A DNA stretch of 64,000 bases, from the NCBI RefSeq assembly GCF_902459465.1, contig NC_047082.1, positions 9,052,001-9,116,000 on the forward strand. Direction: 5' to 3'. The position numbers and the translations under genes are program-made. The stretch comes from Asterias rubens. Lineage: Eukaryota. Below the pieces are notes generated by a model, which was not told the origin of the DNA, ran no database searches, and saw only the letters and a list, made by a program, of their open reading frames with translations. Positions 10,701 to 23,550 of this stretch are shown piece after piece (position 1 is the stretch's first letter; every line of letters starts with the position of its first letter).

Positions 10701-12289
10701 GCAACATCATACCTCTTACTAAGTTCAGGTGAGCCAGGGTGTCTGTTTCGTACGCCCCCAACAACGACAAGCACCTCCACATAGTTTGTTGACCTCCGCG
10801 GACACCTCCATTCCATCGGAGGGGAGGTCACTTTATCCTCTTTGCAATCAAGAGCTAATCCAAACAGTTCTTTACATCCAGTCAAGTGCTCCACAGACTT
10901 ACTCACTTGTTCTAGACACTCGTGTCCGATGAATGGTAATCGAACATGTTTGACTAACGAGAGAAAACATTCTTGCTTAGCGTCTCGATCTTCCCCCGTC
11001 GTTAGCCATTCCAAGAGAGCGTGAAGGAGTTCGGTCTCACTTCTTAAGTTCAAGTTCTCATTGGCTGCATACTGGTATAACAAGTGAGAACTGGCCCTAA
11101 GAAATGCCTCCGTCTTAGAAACTTCTGGGAACTTGTGGACTACGAATCTGCAAGCTGCTTCGGCGAGTTCCACGCAGCCCTGGGATTCGGCGAAGCAGTG
11201 CATCTCAACGCAGTTGTCTACGTCCAGCTGTCGTATGAGAAAGTTACTGCAGGCATAGACCAGACATTTGATGAGGAAGAAATTGGCTGTTGCTAGAAGC
11301 TCCTGAACATTTGCTGTTGTTATCCGTACCTGTACGCAAGATAAAATATCACTATCAAAATCCAAAAGCTTTCTCACCTCCCCAGAAAGTACAGTCCTGA
11401 GCTGCTGTGACACCCCGAGGGCTTTTTGAAACACAAATTCAACCTCTACATGTATCCTTGCAGGGTACCCACTTATTACACCCCTGGGTGAAGAGAAGCA
11501 ATTACAGTAGAGTATCTTGCTCAAGAACACAAATGTCATGATCGGGATTTGAACCCACACCCCGAGGACTTAACCACCAGAACTTGAATTTGATGCTATA
11601 GACCACTCGGTCATGACACTCTAAATGCATCCTACATGTCCTAGCTTTACCTGTGATGTATAAACGTAATCCACAATCAGTTGAAGCATCTCAGAGTTGA
11701 CATCTTTAAGAGTGACTCTCTGCTGACTCTTCTCCTCCAGATTTCCGGTAAACATTGCCTTGAAGTATGGACTACTTGCCGCTAAGACAACTCTGAAAAT
11801 GACGTTCAATTACAGAACTGTTATATGTTTGGTAATCACTATTTAAAGGTAATGACAATAAAAACTTACTGAGTTAGAATACAGTGCGCCTTTACAAATG
11901 CTGTGTTATTATTATTATTATTACAGTAGCATTAATCTTTCTGCTCTTAACATTTAGGCCTACCACTCTGGATTTTCCAAAAACGTAACCACCTTTTGAA
12001 AGAAAATTTTCACAGGTTAGTTTTGTTGTGTACATTTATAATCAAACGGTTAAAAAAACCAAAGGTAAACGTTCCCTTTTAAACTAAATACAAATAAAAT
12101 GTACCTATGACATGATATCTGCTTGTCCTCGGTGACAAGGACAACATCAATCAAGTCCTCAGTTTGACGCATTTCATTGAAAGAGGAAAGCACAACACCA
12201 GGAAGGGCATAGTTCTCGTAGTCACAGAAATCACGTCGTTCTTGAGCGACATCGTCATCGCTGATGGCTGGCCAGGCTGAGGAAGCCAT
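7714..12289 (-). CDS. Kelch-like protein (BTB-BACK-6x Kelch), putative CUL3 substrate adaptor
   Basis: Exons 12289-12105, 11792-11651 (VVLAASSPYFKAMFTG), 11329-10713 (BACK: LDVDNC...HVRLPFI; LVVVGG), 10554-10318, 9801-9512, 9135-8986 and 7982-7714 join in phase. Six Kelch GG motifs are present (LVVVGG, FLTGG, YVIGG x2, YIFGG, YVAGG). Confidence 0.95.
8259..8634. mobile_element. Kolobok-like MITE family D (~375 bp); other copies 14881-15255, 52505-52878, 54736-55094, 60510-60884
   Basis: ttaa-agccatt(a/g)(t/g)acac(t)ttcggta ... taccgaaa(g)tgtccaatggct-ttaa. Five dispersed copies of high mutual similarity, mostly with TTAA on both sides. Confidence 0.9.
8685..8764. repeat. 14-bp minisatellite (GGTCTCTGAAGA(TG/CA)) x ~5.7
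   Basis: Units read directly at 8685, 8699, 8713, 8727, 8741 and 8755, in the last Kelch intron. Confidence 0.95.
9122..9385. repeat. 133-bp tandem duplication spanning a Kelch splice acceptor
   Basis: acactcttacaacctggta recurs at ~9123 and ~9256; the downstream sequence is nearly identical in both units. Confidence 0.93.
11450..11598 (-). mobile_element. tRNA-derived SINE with CORE-like segment
   Basis: The minus strand has an A box (TGACCGAGTGG), a B box (GGTTCAAATCC), then gtgttcttgagcaagatact...cacccagggg, resembling the CORE domain of MIR-type SINEs. Confidence 0.7.
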
Positions 12290-15200
12290 TTTGAAACTAG
12301 TGTATCAGATCCCGCAGAATAAGGCTTCAATAAAAAAAAAAGAGACATGGTTAAAATGATCAGTGAGTGTTCACCCCATCCACAAGCTAGCGTATCCTGG
12401 GAGATACACACACATTGCGGGGATACATGTGTAACATGTGAATTTATTAATTTTTGACTCCATCTCAAATTCACAAAGCTGATCTTAAGAAAGATTACCA
12501 TCCACTTGACTAGAATGCCCAAAATTGTACAATCTAGGGTTTTTAAAAATTAAAATCAAAGATAAATACCAAGTAAACACACTCGGGGAAACCTTGCTCC
12601 CCTATTAAAAATGATGCACAAATAAAAAGAAAGGTCCCATCTAAAGCTAGCTACGTACTATCCCCCCTACCACCACCCAATAATGTTTTGCCACCTCTTC
12701 CACCATGACTTCACTTGCTCCCCCCATGCCCTACCCCAACATGCCCAACCAATGCCCCTCCCCCAAATTGTATGCCACAGAGCAGTTACCATGGTTACCT
12801 TACACTATATTCTATAATTACTCTAGTCCCACTCTACCCTATCCGTATCTCACAACAACCGTTCAACCAGGTTCAACCCACAACACAAGATCCAATCAGT
12901 CATGCCAGTAAACAAATGCCAGCAATAAATTGGTAAAAACTAATTTACACTGACTTTGATCACTGTTTGTTTACAAACAAATGCTTGCTCAGTCATCAGT
13001 TGCTGAATTAGAGCATTAGAGCAACTGCAATGTGATTGTGTACAGTCAGTGCCATCCAGCCATGCCAGTGAGTCGTGACAGTGGTCAGTTAGGCCAGAGC
13101 AGTGCCAATCCCAATGGTGCAAAAATAAACAACAAAAGCTTTATTTATTTACACACCAATGCTCTATTGTATTAGTATTTATTACATAAATAATAGTATT
13201 AATTTAATAATTTTACCATGATTTTACCTACTGTTTTGATGAAACATTCGATCTTGATCCATGGGTAACTGAGCGATGCCTGGTGGGATTCGATTTGACG
13301 AGAGTTTGCTAGTAACGAAAGTGTACGAAGCAAGAAAAGCGAAAAATGGCTTCATAAATCGAAGGGAGGCTGTGAGAGTGAGAGGATCGGTAGGTTGAGC
13401 ACCAAATCGTGTTTGTGGTCAACAGCCGTCAATTGACGCACTTTTGTTTGCTTGGTCTTCTTATAGAATAGAATAGAAGAGCCTAATTTGTTTATCGGGC
13501 CCAAAAGAGCTATGTTATAAATCAAATCAGAGAGTAGAGGAGCATTATCTGCTTATTTCACAATTTCAATTTCATTGACGCTGAACTGTAAGTACTAAGA
13601 ACACGGAGCGCTTTAAAAAAGATGGTTAGAAATGAGTTGTGCTATTTTCATCCAAAATAATAATAAACACAAAATGTCCATGCCGGCGCATGCAATTATG
13701 TCCTCTGTACGCACTACTACCTCGGAGGACATTATTGCATATGCAATTGTGTCCGCCCGGACACGATTGCATATATGCAAAAGTGTCCGGACGGACGGAC
13801 AGTATTGCATGGCGGATCTGACACCGGTTTTTAACAGTCGCTGATTTTTCGGAGAATTGACTGACAGTCGTTGACGATCGTCCTTAGAAAGTTAGGCGTA
13901 ATTACTTTTCAACCTCGTTTGGGATTAGTGTCGAACCAGATGTATAAAAGAACGCGTATCGTCAAAATGGGAACGAGGTTGATTCATTTTTCGTTTTGGA
14001 CTCATTTTTCGTTTTGGACTCAACTTCGGCGCGGTCCACAAGGAGATGTGCACGTTGCTAAGTACGCTACTTCCTGCAAATTGCAAATGAATGAAAGAGT
14101 GAGATGTCTTAGTTTTTTTTTTGAGCTTGGAATTTTGTGGCCGTGCCGTCTGCTGGTTGTTGAATAATGACGACAGGTAATTTCTGCTTGCTAACACTAA
14201 CAGTCCAACATAACTAACTTAGCACTAGCACTATTTATAAAATATAAGTAGCAGCACTTTACTCATTCATTCATTACTTTACACATGTTCGGTGTTACGG
14301 GTTTTAATCTCAAGCATGTGTCAAGACCTCATCTCACACGTCGGTCAGGTTCCATGAGACGAGTATGTAGGTGGTAGGCACACTTCGTTTTTCGGAGACT
14401 GGTGCCGTCTCTAGTTTGAGGGATTGTCTCTTTTATTCCACGTTGGTCAACAAACAAATTCTATACTTTTGTTAGCCAACGTTTATCATATTCACCACCA
14501 CTCTCTTTTTTTAAAATTTTTTATTAATAATAATATACCCATTAAATAAAGTTTTAAACCGTAAGTAATTAAAGTAAGTCTTAATTATATGGATTATTAT
14601 GTGCATTTTGGGTTTAAAAATTATTAAAAATACATGTGTACAGGTGTCTGGTACTACTATAAATAAAAAGCAGATCATTTTCATTTATTCCTCCATGATT
14701 ATACATACACAAACTTGTGACACAAGTTGTGTTAACTTATACTTTTTTTAGTCACCATTGTCTTCTTTTTCTATTGTTGTAAAAATAAAAATAATCATTT
14801 TTTGAAAGTGATATGTTTTATGAATTAATAATATTATTATTTATGATGTAGGCAAATATAAAAATATTAATTAATTTTATTTAAAGCCATTATACACTTT
14901 CGGTAAACAGTATTGTCCAAGTCCCACACTTCGTGTATCACAACTTATATATAAAACAACAAACCTGTGAAAATTTAGGCTCAATCGGTCATCGGAGTCG
15001 GGAGAAAATAACGGGAAAACCCACTCTTGTTTCCGCGCGTTTCGCCGTGTCATGGCATGTGTTTAAAACAAATCCGTAATTCTCGCTAACGAGAATTTAT
15101 ATTGTTTTACTGTTTTCTCAAAAAGCAAAGCATTTCATGGACTAATATTTCAAGAGAAGTCTTTCACCATTACCTTCTGTAAACCATGTAAATTATTTGT

Positions 15201-15346
15201 AAATCTGTGAACTTATATATTTTTTTTCTGTACCGAAAGGGTCCAATGGCTTTAAAAAACATTAATACTTAAATTCTAAACAGGAGTCAGGACCTATAGT
15301 AAACACCAGGCCTGACAAGCGAGGGCCAACTTCAACTCTAGGGAAT

Positions 15347-15389
15347 CTAGAAACTATAAGTCTCCCCCGTGGAGCCTTATAGTTTCTAG
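15347..15389. repeat. Short dispersed hairpin element CTAGAAACTATAAGGCTC-CCCCGT(G)-GAGCCTTATAGTTTCTAG; copies at 42775-42809 and 31762-32190 (interrupted)
   Basis: Near-perfect 18-bp stem read directly; the same arms and loop are seen three times. Confidence 0.8.
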
Positions 15390-15600
15390 GAGTAACCAGG
15401 GCCAGGCTATTTTTATTAATTATTTTATTAATTAAGAGTAAGACTAAGTAAATTAAATGCATTTTTCAATTTTGGTGCCATGTACCCGGCTTTGTTTACA
15501 GTTTACTATATGAAAAGGACTTCCCGACACCAGCAATCATCATCTATCTTTCATCTATGTAATCTTTTTTTTTAATAGGAAATCAAAGAAAATCATAAAA

Positions 15601-18600
15601 ATGCCTCCCAAAAAACCAGCTGCAAAGGTTGCTGGGAAACCTGCCACCACAAGAGCGACTCCACCAAAATCTACAACTGCGAAAAAACCAAGCACAGTAA
15701 AAGGTTGGTGATGGTGGCTATCTTGTGGAAAATAGCCATTGTTTTTGATTGATTGATTGACAGAATGACCTCTGACCTGACTGACCTAACTCACCAACCT
15801 CTGACCAGGCTCATCGAGCTGACCAACTTAACTGATGACCTGACTGTAAATGGTTGAACTCTGACCCAGTAACTTTGTGACATGACGCCCAGTGCATGCG
15901 CAGGTAGCAACTTGAATATAGTTCATGTTTCCATGTTCAGCCACAGGCCTGCTAAATGTATGATAATAAAAACAGTTCCTCGAAAGCAGGCAGTTAGGTC
16001 ATTCAATCAGAAAGAACCTGTTCTTTCAGCCAACGTTAATAAGTTACAAACCAAAAACATCTGAAATTGTAGTGTGCACTTCGATCTCTCTAGATTTTAC
16101 AATCACAAAATACATTTAAAAACACTCACAAAGAAGATAAAAACATAAAAATATAAGAATTGAAATAAGACAGCTAAATGTTTCTCAACAGCTGGAGCTA
16201 AGGGTCCGGTTAAGTCCACAGGAAAAGCTGCTGCTCCCACTAAGGCAGGAAGTAAAGATGCAAAGAAAGCAGGAAATGTTGCTGCCCTGGCCAAACCAAA
16301 GCCTCCATCTAAAGAGACACTGGCTGCTGTTGTTATACAGAAGTGGGTTCGACGTTTCTTGGGTAAATGTGCTTTGGTGAAACTGAGGAAAGAGAAGGTG
16401 GAGTATGAGGACTTGATGGAGAAGTTAGAACGAGAGGTGAGTCGTAAGCAAATTACAAATCTTTGTTGTTTAAGACATAATCATTTTAACATCTGTGTAT
16501 CTTAAAATGATTATAATATTTAGTTTTCTATACGTTAGACCTTTTATAGTGCTTTTACTACAAGTGTTGCAAAGCGCTTATTTTTATTATTATTATTTTT
16601 TATTACGAGACCCAGTTTTTGTAGACATCAGCCAATGCCAGAAACACTGGGCCAATCCAGAGGTCATTAGTTAAAATCTCGCTCTAGTCGGCTTTGTCTT
16701 TGTTCAACCTCAATTCTTCAAATCCTTTAGGCTTTTTGTTACCACCATGACCACTGGTAAAATACCTGTATTTAATCATTTTGACTTCTTTATCGTCCCT
16801 TTATAGGCTTTTGTTGCCATGGTGAAAAGAGAACAAGAAATCGCTGAACAGGAACGCTTAAAGGACATGGAAGAGAGGCGCAGAAAGAAACTACGACAGC
16901 AGAGAGTTAAGCGTTTCTTAGAGGCAGCCTTTGATGGAGAGAATGATGAACTTCTAGTCATTCTTAAAGAGGTCAGTAAACGTTTAATTTGTTTGTTTAT
17001 TTTGTTTATTATTCCTTGCCGAGGATACGGACCGGGATTCGAAACCCACACCGTAAAGCCAGCACAACGTGTGTCTGATACATTGCTCGGCCTTGACACT
17101 GCAATGCTGAAATTCATCAGTCTGTAGCACAATTGTTTGTATATTTGTTCCCGTGACCAAGCACTTTTGCACCCAAGTACGACTATACTCCTCTGGAGGG
17201 ATGTACTTATTGGAAGATAGATAGATAGAAAAGAATCCACAGGCAAATCACTCGCGTGGGATTCGAACCCACAACCTTTGCATCGCTAGAGCAGTCGGTG
17301 TTGGGGTATAATGCTTTTGGGTATTTTTTCTACTCCAAAGGTTGACAAAGATGATTCTGAGCAGGGCATTGGTTCGGATCCCATGGGCCTCTCCATCCGA
17401 GCCAAACATCAACTAGACATGGTGGATTGTGCTGATGCAAACGGTAACACACCTCTGTCTGAAGCGTCCAGTGGGGGCCATGCGGACACTCTTAAGTTAC
17501 TGATTGACAGAGGTGCCGATGTGAATGTCCGTGGACAATTTGAACGCACCCCACTCTACAGGTTAGTTTAACCTCTAGGATCTTTCTATAGCTCTGCTTA
17601 ATGCTTAATATTTTTTGCAATGACACCATAGCTCCTTTTTGTTGGTTTCTTACTATTATTATTATTATTATTATTACACTTTGTCCATGGCAGAGCTTCC
17701 TTCGCGGGGCACCTCTCAGCCGCTCAGATCCTTCTCCAAAATGGAGCGGATCCTCGCCTCTATGCCGCCGATGGAGCCACCCCTGAACAGGTGGCCGCTA
17801 ACGAGCCACTGACTGTCCTACTCCAGGAGTGGGACATCTCAATGACAGAGACCATGCTAAGCAAGGTGGAGATGCAGAAGGAGAAACGCAAGGAGGAGGA
17901 GAGGAAGAGAAGGGAGGTGGAGATGTCCAAGTAAGATATTATAATTCAATTCAGTTCAAACTCACACTTATTTGTGCGTTTGAACTGTTGAATGATCTTC
18001 CCATCAAGGGAACTCGGCAAACTCCCACAAAGGGATATAAACACCAAGCTGGCAATAACTAGGCGGCAATATTTATTCCAGTTATTGTGAGTTCAGCGCT
18101 TAGCTGGGGGATTCGAACCCACAACCTTGTGATTGCAAGTCCTGCAGTCTAACCACTTGACTACGTTCGATAGATGAATATTTCCAGAGAGACATAGCCA
18201 AAACTTTAATTAAATTGATATTCAAATGCTTTGGAAAAAACAGACTGTTGGACTTGGTCCATTCAATAAATTTCTGGGCTCAGAAAGACAAATTCCGGTA
18301 GACCACAAGAGTGCAGAACTTTCACTGGAAAAGAAACTTATTCTACAAGACCTCAATTTATTTGTATTTGTTTGGTAAGGGGATTCCAGTTTCTGTTCAA
18401 TTTTTGCAAATAACTCTGTGGTAGTACAGTGGTCCCTGATCTTTTCCCCCTTGTCAAACCCTCCCCTTCAATGGCCTTTTAACCAGCCTTGTGATTGGCA
18501 ACAGCTCTGGACAGGGAGGCTTGGAGGGAATTTGCTTCTCGGACCCCCAAGGGACAGCGGACGCCCTAATGGACTTGAGAGAGAGAGTGATTGACACATT

Positions 18601-21129
18601 TAAGCTGAAAGACAAAATAATCATATTTTTTTCTTGACACAATTTTTGTTTTTTCCCAGGTTGGAGAACCAATTAGCGGAGGCCCAGAAGGACCATGACA
18701 CCAGACAACTCCAGCTCAACAAGGCTTACTGTGAGCTCAATAAACGCATCACTGAACATGATAAGTGCATGGCTAAGAATGTTAAGACAGATATAACGTT
18801 ACAGGTAATTCACTTCTCAAAATGCTTAAAGTTAAAGGTCACAGGTAATTCACTTCTCAAAATGCTTAAAGTTAAAGGTCATGAGGGTAGGGTTTATTTT
18901 CTCATTTTGTCCTTTAACCAGCTTTACGTCATGTACGTTGGAAAAAACAAACAGTGACCCTACCTTTATCAAAACATTAGTAGTTTTTTTGACAAGCAAA
19001 ATAAAATAGAAAATAGATTTGCAAACTGCTTTACCAACCAAAAGAACCTATGGTATAAATGCAAACAATAGTTAATGGCAGTTCGACCCCTAGCAGAGTC
19101 TTTCTCGAAGAGCAAAAAGAAGTAGTCAAAAAGAGGCTGTTATAGTTAACAAGCCAAGTACAAAGAATTTCATTTTATTTTTTTCGGGTTCTTCATCAGG
19201 TGGTGAAAGATGCAGAAAACGATCTTGAGATGGCGAAGCTGGAGGCAGAGAAAGCGAGGGAGCAGCTCGCTAATGTGAAACTTAAGATCAGAGAGCAACA
19301 GAAGACAGCAAAAGGTACACACACTGACTCGTAACATAACATTCTGTGTAGGGCTTTCCTTTTTTAGATTTCTATAAATGATCTCCTCCCTCCTGCAAGA
19401 GAAGGGTTTGGTTGTCCAAGTTATATGCATCATTTTTTCCCACTCCTACTACTGACTACAGTACAATTTAACCCAGAACTTTGTTTGCTCGGGGAGCATT
19501 TAAAGTGAGTGATGTATCAATTGTAGACCTTTTTCTTTTCTTTTCTTAGGGCTTGACGGAGAAGCAGAAGTCGGTGTAAGAGCGAACATCAAAGAACTTC
19601 ATGACGTTTTGATGAGGGACGTTGGAGACAAGATTAAAAATGATGGCAGGTGAGTCAAACATTGACTATAAACAGACATCACCCAAGTTTTCATTTTGTT
19701 ATGGCTTGATTCAGGTGCTACTTGCAATAGCGCTCCGCAATTATGATGTCACTTCGGCTCAAAATACTCGCCTGACATAAATTTGAACTGCCTCTGTATA
19801 GCCATCAGGCTAGATCGTCTTGTGGTTAGGAATAGACCTCTATTGCATTTTGCCAGCGGACCACTGTTATTGGAGAACACTCTACAAGATGAAGAGGATT
19901 CGCCGTCGTTACGTTCATCTAAACCGTTGGTACAATCTTTTTCTACAATCAACAGGTGGCCACTTCTTATAGATCCGTCCGGCCGGGCGTCGACCTTCTT
20001 ACGTTATCAAGACACAAATTTCATCAATTCTCTGAACCCAAATAACATGGAGCCTGAAGTGATCCGAATGGCAGTGCTGGGTTCTATCAGGTTGGTATAA
20101 TTGCCATTTTAATAACACTAATGCTTTTGGGGGTTGAACAAAGACAAAGAATGACAAGGGTGTTTTTTCTTTCATGGAGCTTTCCAATTGAGCTCATATT
20201 TTCACAGGTTTGTTATTTTATGCATATTATGTTGAGATACACCAAGTGAGAAGACTGGGCTTTGACAATTACCATTAGTGTCCAGTGTCTGTAATCTTTT
20301 CTTTTCTGATGAGATGGTCTGCTTTGCTCCTAGGTTTGGGAAGCCACTTGTTCTAGACATGCTTGAGGTGGATATGTTTGAGACGTGCTCGGACAGGTTC
20401 GATGAAGTCCACAAAGGATTCATGCAAGATATCATGACCAAAGAAATTATCAAGAATGAAAAGTAAGCAGCCCGTTTCTTTATTCCTAATCATGTATCTT
20501 CCTTGAATGAGTTATGAGTTCTGTCCCCCCTCTAACTATCTCCACTATCGCATAGTAACTCAACACCCAAGTCTCTGATTTACGGTGGTCTACCTGATCC
20601 CATGTAAAGCAACATCAATTTACTAGTGCAGTCCTCGGTTCAACACAGTAATTCAGCACCCAAACTGTTGGACTCTGATTATAATGGTATGCCTTATTTT
20701 GTTAAGCATAATCAGTTTACTGGTGCAGTCGTCAGTCCAACACCATTCAGTAACTCAACACCCAAACTGATCGTAAAGAAACTATTGTCTATCGCTTTTA
20801 AATGTTTACTTGTTCCTATTAAAATATATAAATATATGAATTATAAGTCTTTTACTGAACGTTTATGTTTTTATTATAAATCTGTCTACAATTCAGCCTG
20901 CCGGCTGCGACGAGCAGCTTTGAATAGACCAGTAATAGTAATAATTGTTATTTTCTTTGTGGTTTTTAGATATGCGTACCTGATTAAAGATTCTGACGGA
21001 CCGCAGTATAGGAAAAACAGCTTCATTGACTCTCGCACTGAGCATTTCCTATTTGTCATTGTGACTAAAATAGAACCATCAGATTACCTGCTAGAAAATA
21101 TGTATCCAATCAGGGTTGTTGTTGGATGA
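15601..21129 (+). CDS. IQANK1: IQ motif and ankyrin repeat domain-containing protein (IQANK1-like)
   Basis: Eleven in-phase exons: 15601-15703, 16192-16436 (IQKWVRRFLGK), 16807-16971, 17341-17561 (GNTPLSEAS...GADVN), 17694-17930, 18660-18804, 19200-19314, 19550-19649, 19956-20090 (WPLLIDPSGRASTFLRY), 20334-20462 and 20970-21129. The MPPKK start, IQ, ankyrin and coiled-coil architecture matches IQANK1 from memory. Confidence 0.9.
18100..18166 (-). mobile_element. tRNA-derived SINE head; related heads ~17020-17135, ~17250-17300, ~30130-30200, ~33940-34040, ~46760-46805, ~54130-54200
   Basis: A box TAGTCAAGTGG and B box GGTTCGAATCC are present, but there is no pairing acceptor stem. Confidence 0.65.
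18801..18880 (+). repeat. Perfect 40-bp tandem duplication of an IQANK1 splice donor
   Basis: acaggtaattcacttctcaaaatgcttaaagttaaaggtc occurs at 18801-18840 and 18841-18880. Confidence 0.95.
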
Positions 21130-22236
21130 GATCTCAAAAATGTGAAACATGCAACAGAGAATTTGATTGGCCGATCACCTCAACCTGCTTTGTTGTGAGT
21201 ATGTGAAATTGGTAAACACAAGGGATAGTTTTAACTATTTTAACTTTTAATAAGTAGTAGACATTCGAGTCCATGTTTTAAATCTCTCATGTGGGAGTGT
21301 TGGCTCTGAAAAGAGCGGTGTGGTCTCAAAGTTTTGAACAGTTCACTCTGCTCATCATCAGGAGAAAGCTTCTTTTGATCGCCTTTGGAGATATTTGCAT
21401 GTTTTGAGTCCAAGCCTGATCGTCATGTTGATCATGATGGTCCAGGTGAGAGATTCACAAAAATCGGGGGAAAACAACTGGACTGAAATATTCGCTGTGA
21501 TTGTGTGACGTATCACCTCGCATTATTTTGTTGTTTTTTAGATGAACCAGCCATTTCATATTTCAAAAGAATCCTCAAGTCTTTTCAGACCTTTCAGGAA
21601 ATAAAAAGGACAAAATTCACTACATTTCCCCCTCACTACATGTACCCATCGTAACGCTTCTGGGATTGTGCATTCAGAAAACTTGCGGTTTCTCAGATTG
21701 GGTTTTTATGTTTTGTTCAGCCTTAAAATGAAAACAGGTTACATCAAACTTTCCCATCAGCTTGTGTGTTCTTTATTGCTTTTCTAATAGATCTCCGTTT
21801 GATTTCCAGCTTGACATGCCTATAGTAGATAATATTTGTATATATGGATATGTTTTTGTACATAAAACTTTTGTATTCTTGAAAATCCATCCAATAAAAG
21901 GAAGATTTAAAAATCTGACTGAATGAGGACTTTCGGTGATATATATTTTTTTTTGAGAATCTTTCATCAATCAAACATAATAATGATAAACACTAGAACG
22001 ATGCTACACACACACATACATGAAGAAACAAAAACAAACAGACAAATAATAGGCCTATTCATTTGAAACAGTTTATTAACAACCCCGGAAATAGATATCA
22101 TTAACCCTGAACCCACACGAGGCACTTTGGCTAATTTTGGCATTACTTTTACCATTATTGTAAATCTCTGATTATTAGTAAACCACAAAAAAAATGCAAT
22201 ATTCAACTGGAATTTATTTTTATGACTTGCACAGAA

Positions 22237-22590
22237 GTTCAAAGGATTTGTGTACCTTTTGAAACACAAAACACAATGGCCACAGATTTGCATTAAACTT
22301 ACAACATTTGAAGATAATGATAGTAGAAGGCTTCTCTCAAAATATTACTTGCTGAGGTGCTGTAGTTTTTCAGAAATTAGTAAAACAATGTCACAAATAT
22401 TTGTTTTACATGCTAAAATAATTTTTGCAAAATTATTGTTGTGACTTGTTTGACTCATTTCTCAAAAAACTACAGTATGTAATATTTTATAGGAAGCTTT
22501 GAACCATCATTATCTTCAAACTGTGTGAGTTTGATGTAAATCTGTGGACATTGTGTTTTGTAGCCTACAAAAACTACACATAGACTTTAA
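22237..22590. mobile_element. Kolobok-like MITE family F; other copies 46320-46663, fragments ~27480-27920 (interrupted by family C) and 28167-28245
   Basis: Inverted arms cacaaaacacaatg(g/t)ccacagattt(g/a)cattaaactt / aa(a/g)tctgtggacattgtgttttgt, with TTAA-type ends. Confidence 0.8.
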
Positions 22591-23550
22591 AAAAGAGGTC
22601 TCATTTGTAGTCAAAGAGTCAAGAGAAGTAAAAATGCAAATTGAATAATTCTGTCATACAGTACATTGTGTAAAAATAAATATATTAATTTTATACAAAA
22701 TAAAACTGTATGTAGTTTAAAATATCACATTATTATTTTGCTCCAATTTACAATTCAATTCAAATAGAAAGAAAATAGACTTAATAAATAAGGCTTTTTT
22801 AATTCAGATTACAGTATATACAAAATCTACACTCATCAGTCTCCTCAACCAATTACAAAACTATTAATGCACTTAAAACCTTTGTTGGCACTTGCAGAAA
22901 ATATTGCTCACACCATGGTACTGTTTCCAACATTTTATAAATCATGGTATTTTCTTCTCTTTTTTTTTTTGGGGGGGCGAAGACAATCCCTTTCAAATAG
23001 TTTAAACCATCTGTTCAGAACTGATAAGACCCTTACGCCTGGATAGGACAAAGTTCCAACTCGCCCAGCTATGTGAAAGTCATCTGTCGATGAAATACAA
23101 TGAAAATAGCTCATCAAGAAGAGGAGATTTATTTCCAATTCCTGTGGGAATTCAGAAAAACCCGGTCGTCAATGGTTTGTTTTATTGCTTCAAAGAATCA
23201 ACCAAGGGTAATTTGGCCTTTTTAAAATTTTATTTGGCTAACTGAAGGTATCCATAGAGAGCTTGGGATGTTTGAGATTTTTGAAGTGATCTTTGGTGGA
23301 GTACACAAAATTTGTTTACAAACAAACTGTTAAAAACAGTGTTTTATACACTATATTTCTTACTCGACATTATACAAGATATAAGAACACACACTTTTAC
23401 GCACATAGTTGTGGGACTTGCTGTTGTTCTGTTATTCCCCTTTCCAAAGAATCGCCTTGAAGGGACACAGTTTAAAAAAGAAAAACAGTGTGACCTTTGT
23501 TCCATTGTATACTAAAAATCCCCACAACTCTGCCACAGTACAACAAAAAA

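Noticed and set aside
12705-13122. Pro-rich and His/Cys-rich short ORFs upstream of Kelch
   Set aside because: Products of C-rich and CAG/TGC low-complexity intronic sequence; no splice or homology support.
15830-15865. Box C/D snoRNA-like TGATGA...CTGA
   Set aside because: Too short, no terminal stem, and embedded in a CTGAC low-complexity tract.
18100-18166. tRNA gene (TGC anticodon-like loop)
   Set aside because: A and B boxes are present but the acceptor and anticodon stems do not pair; similar decayed heads recur, consistent with SINEs.
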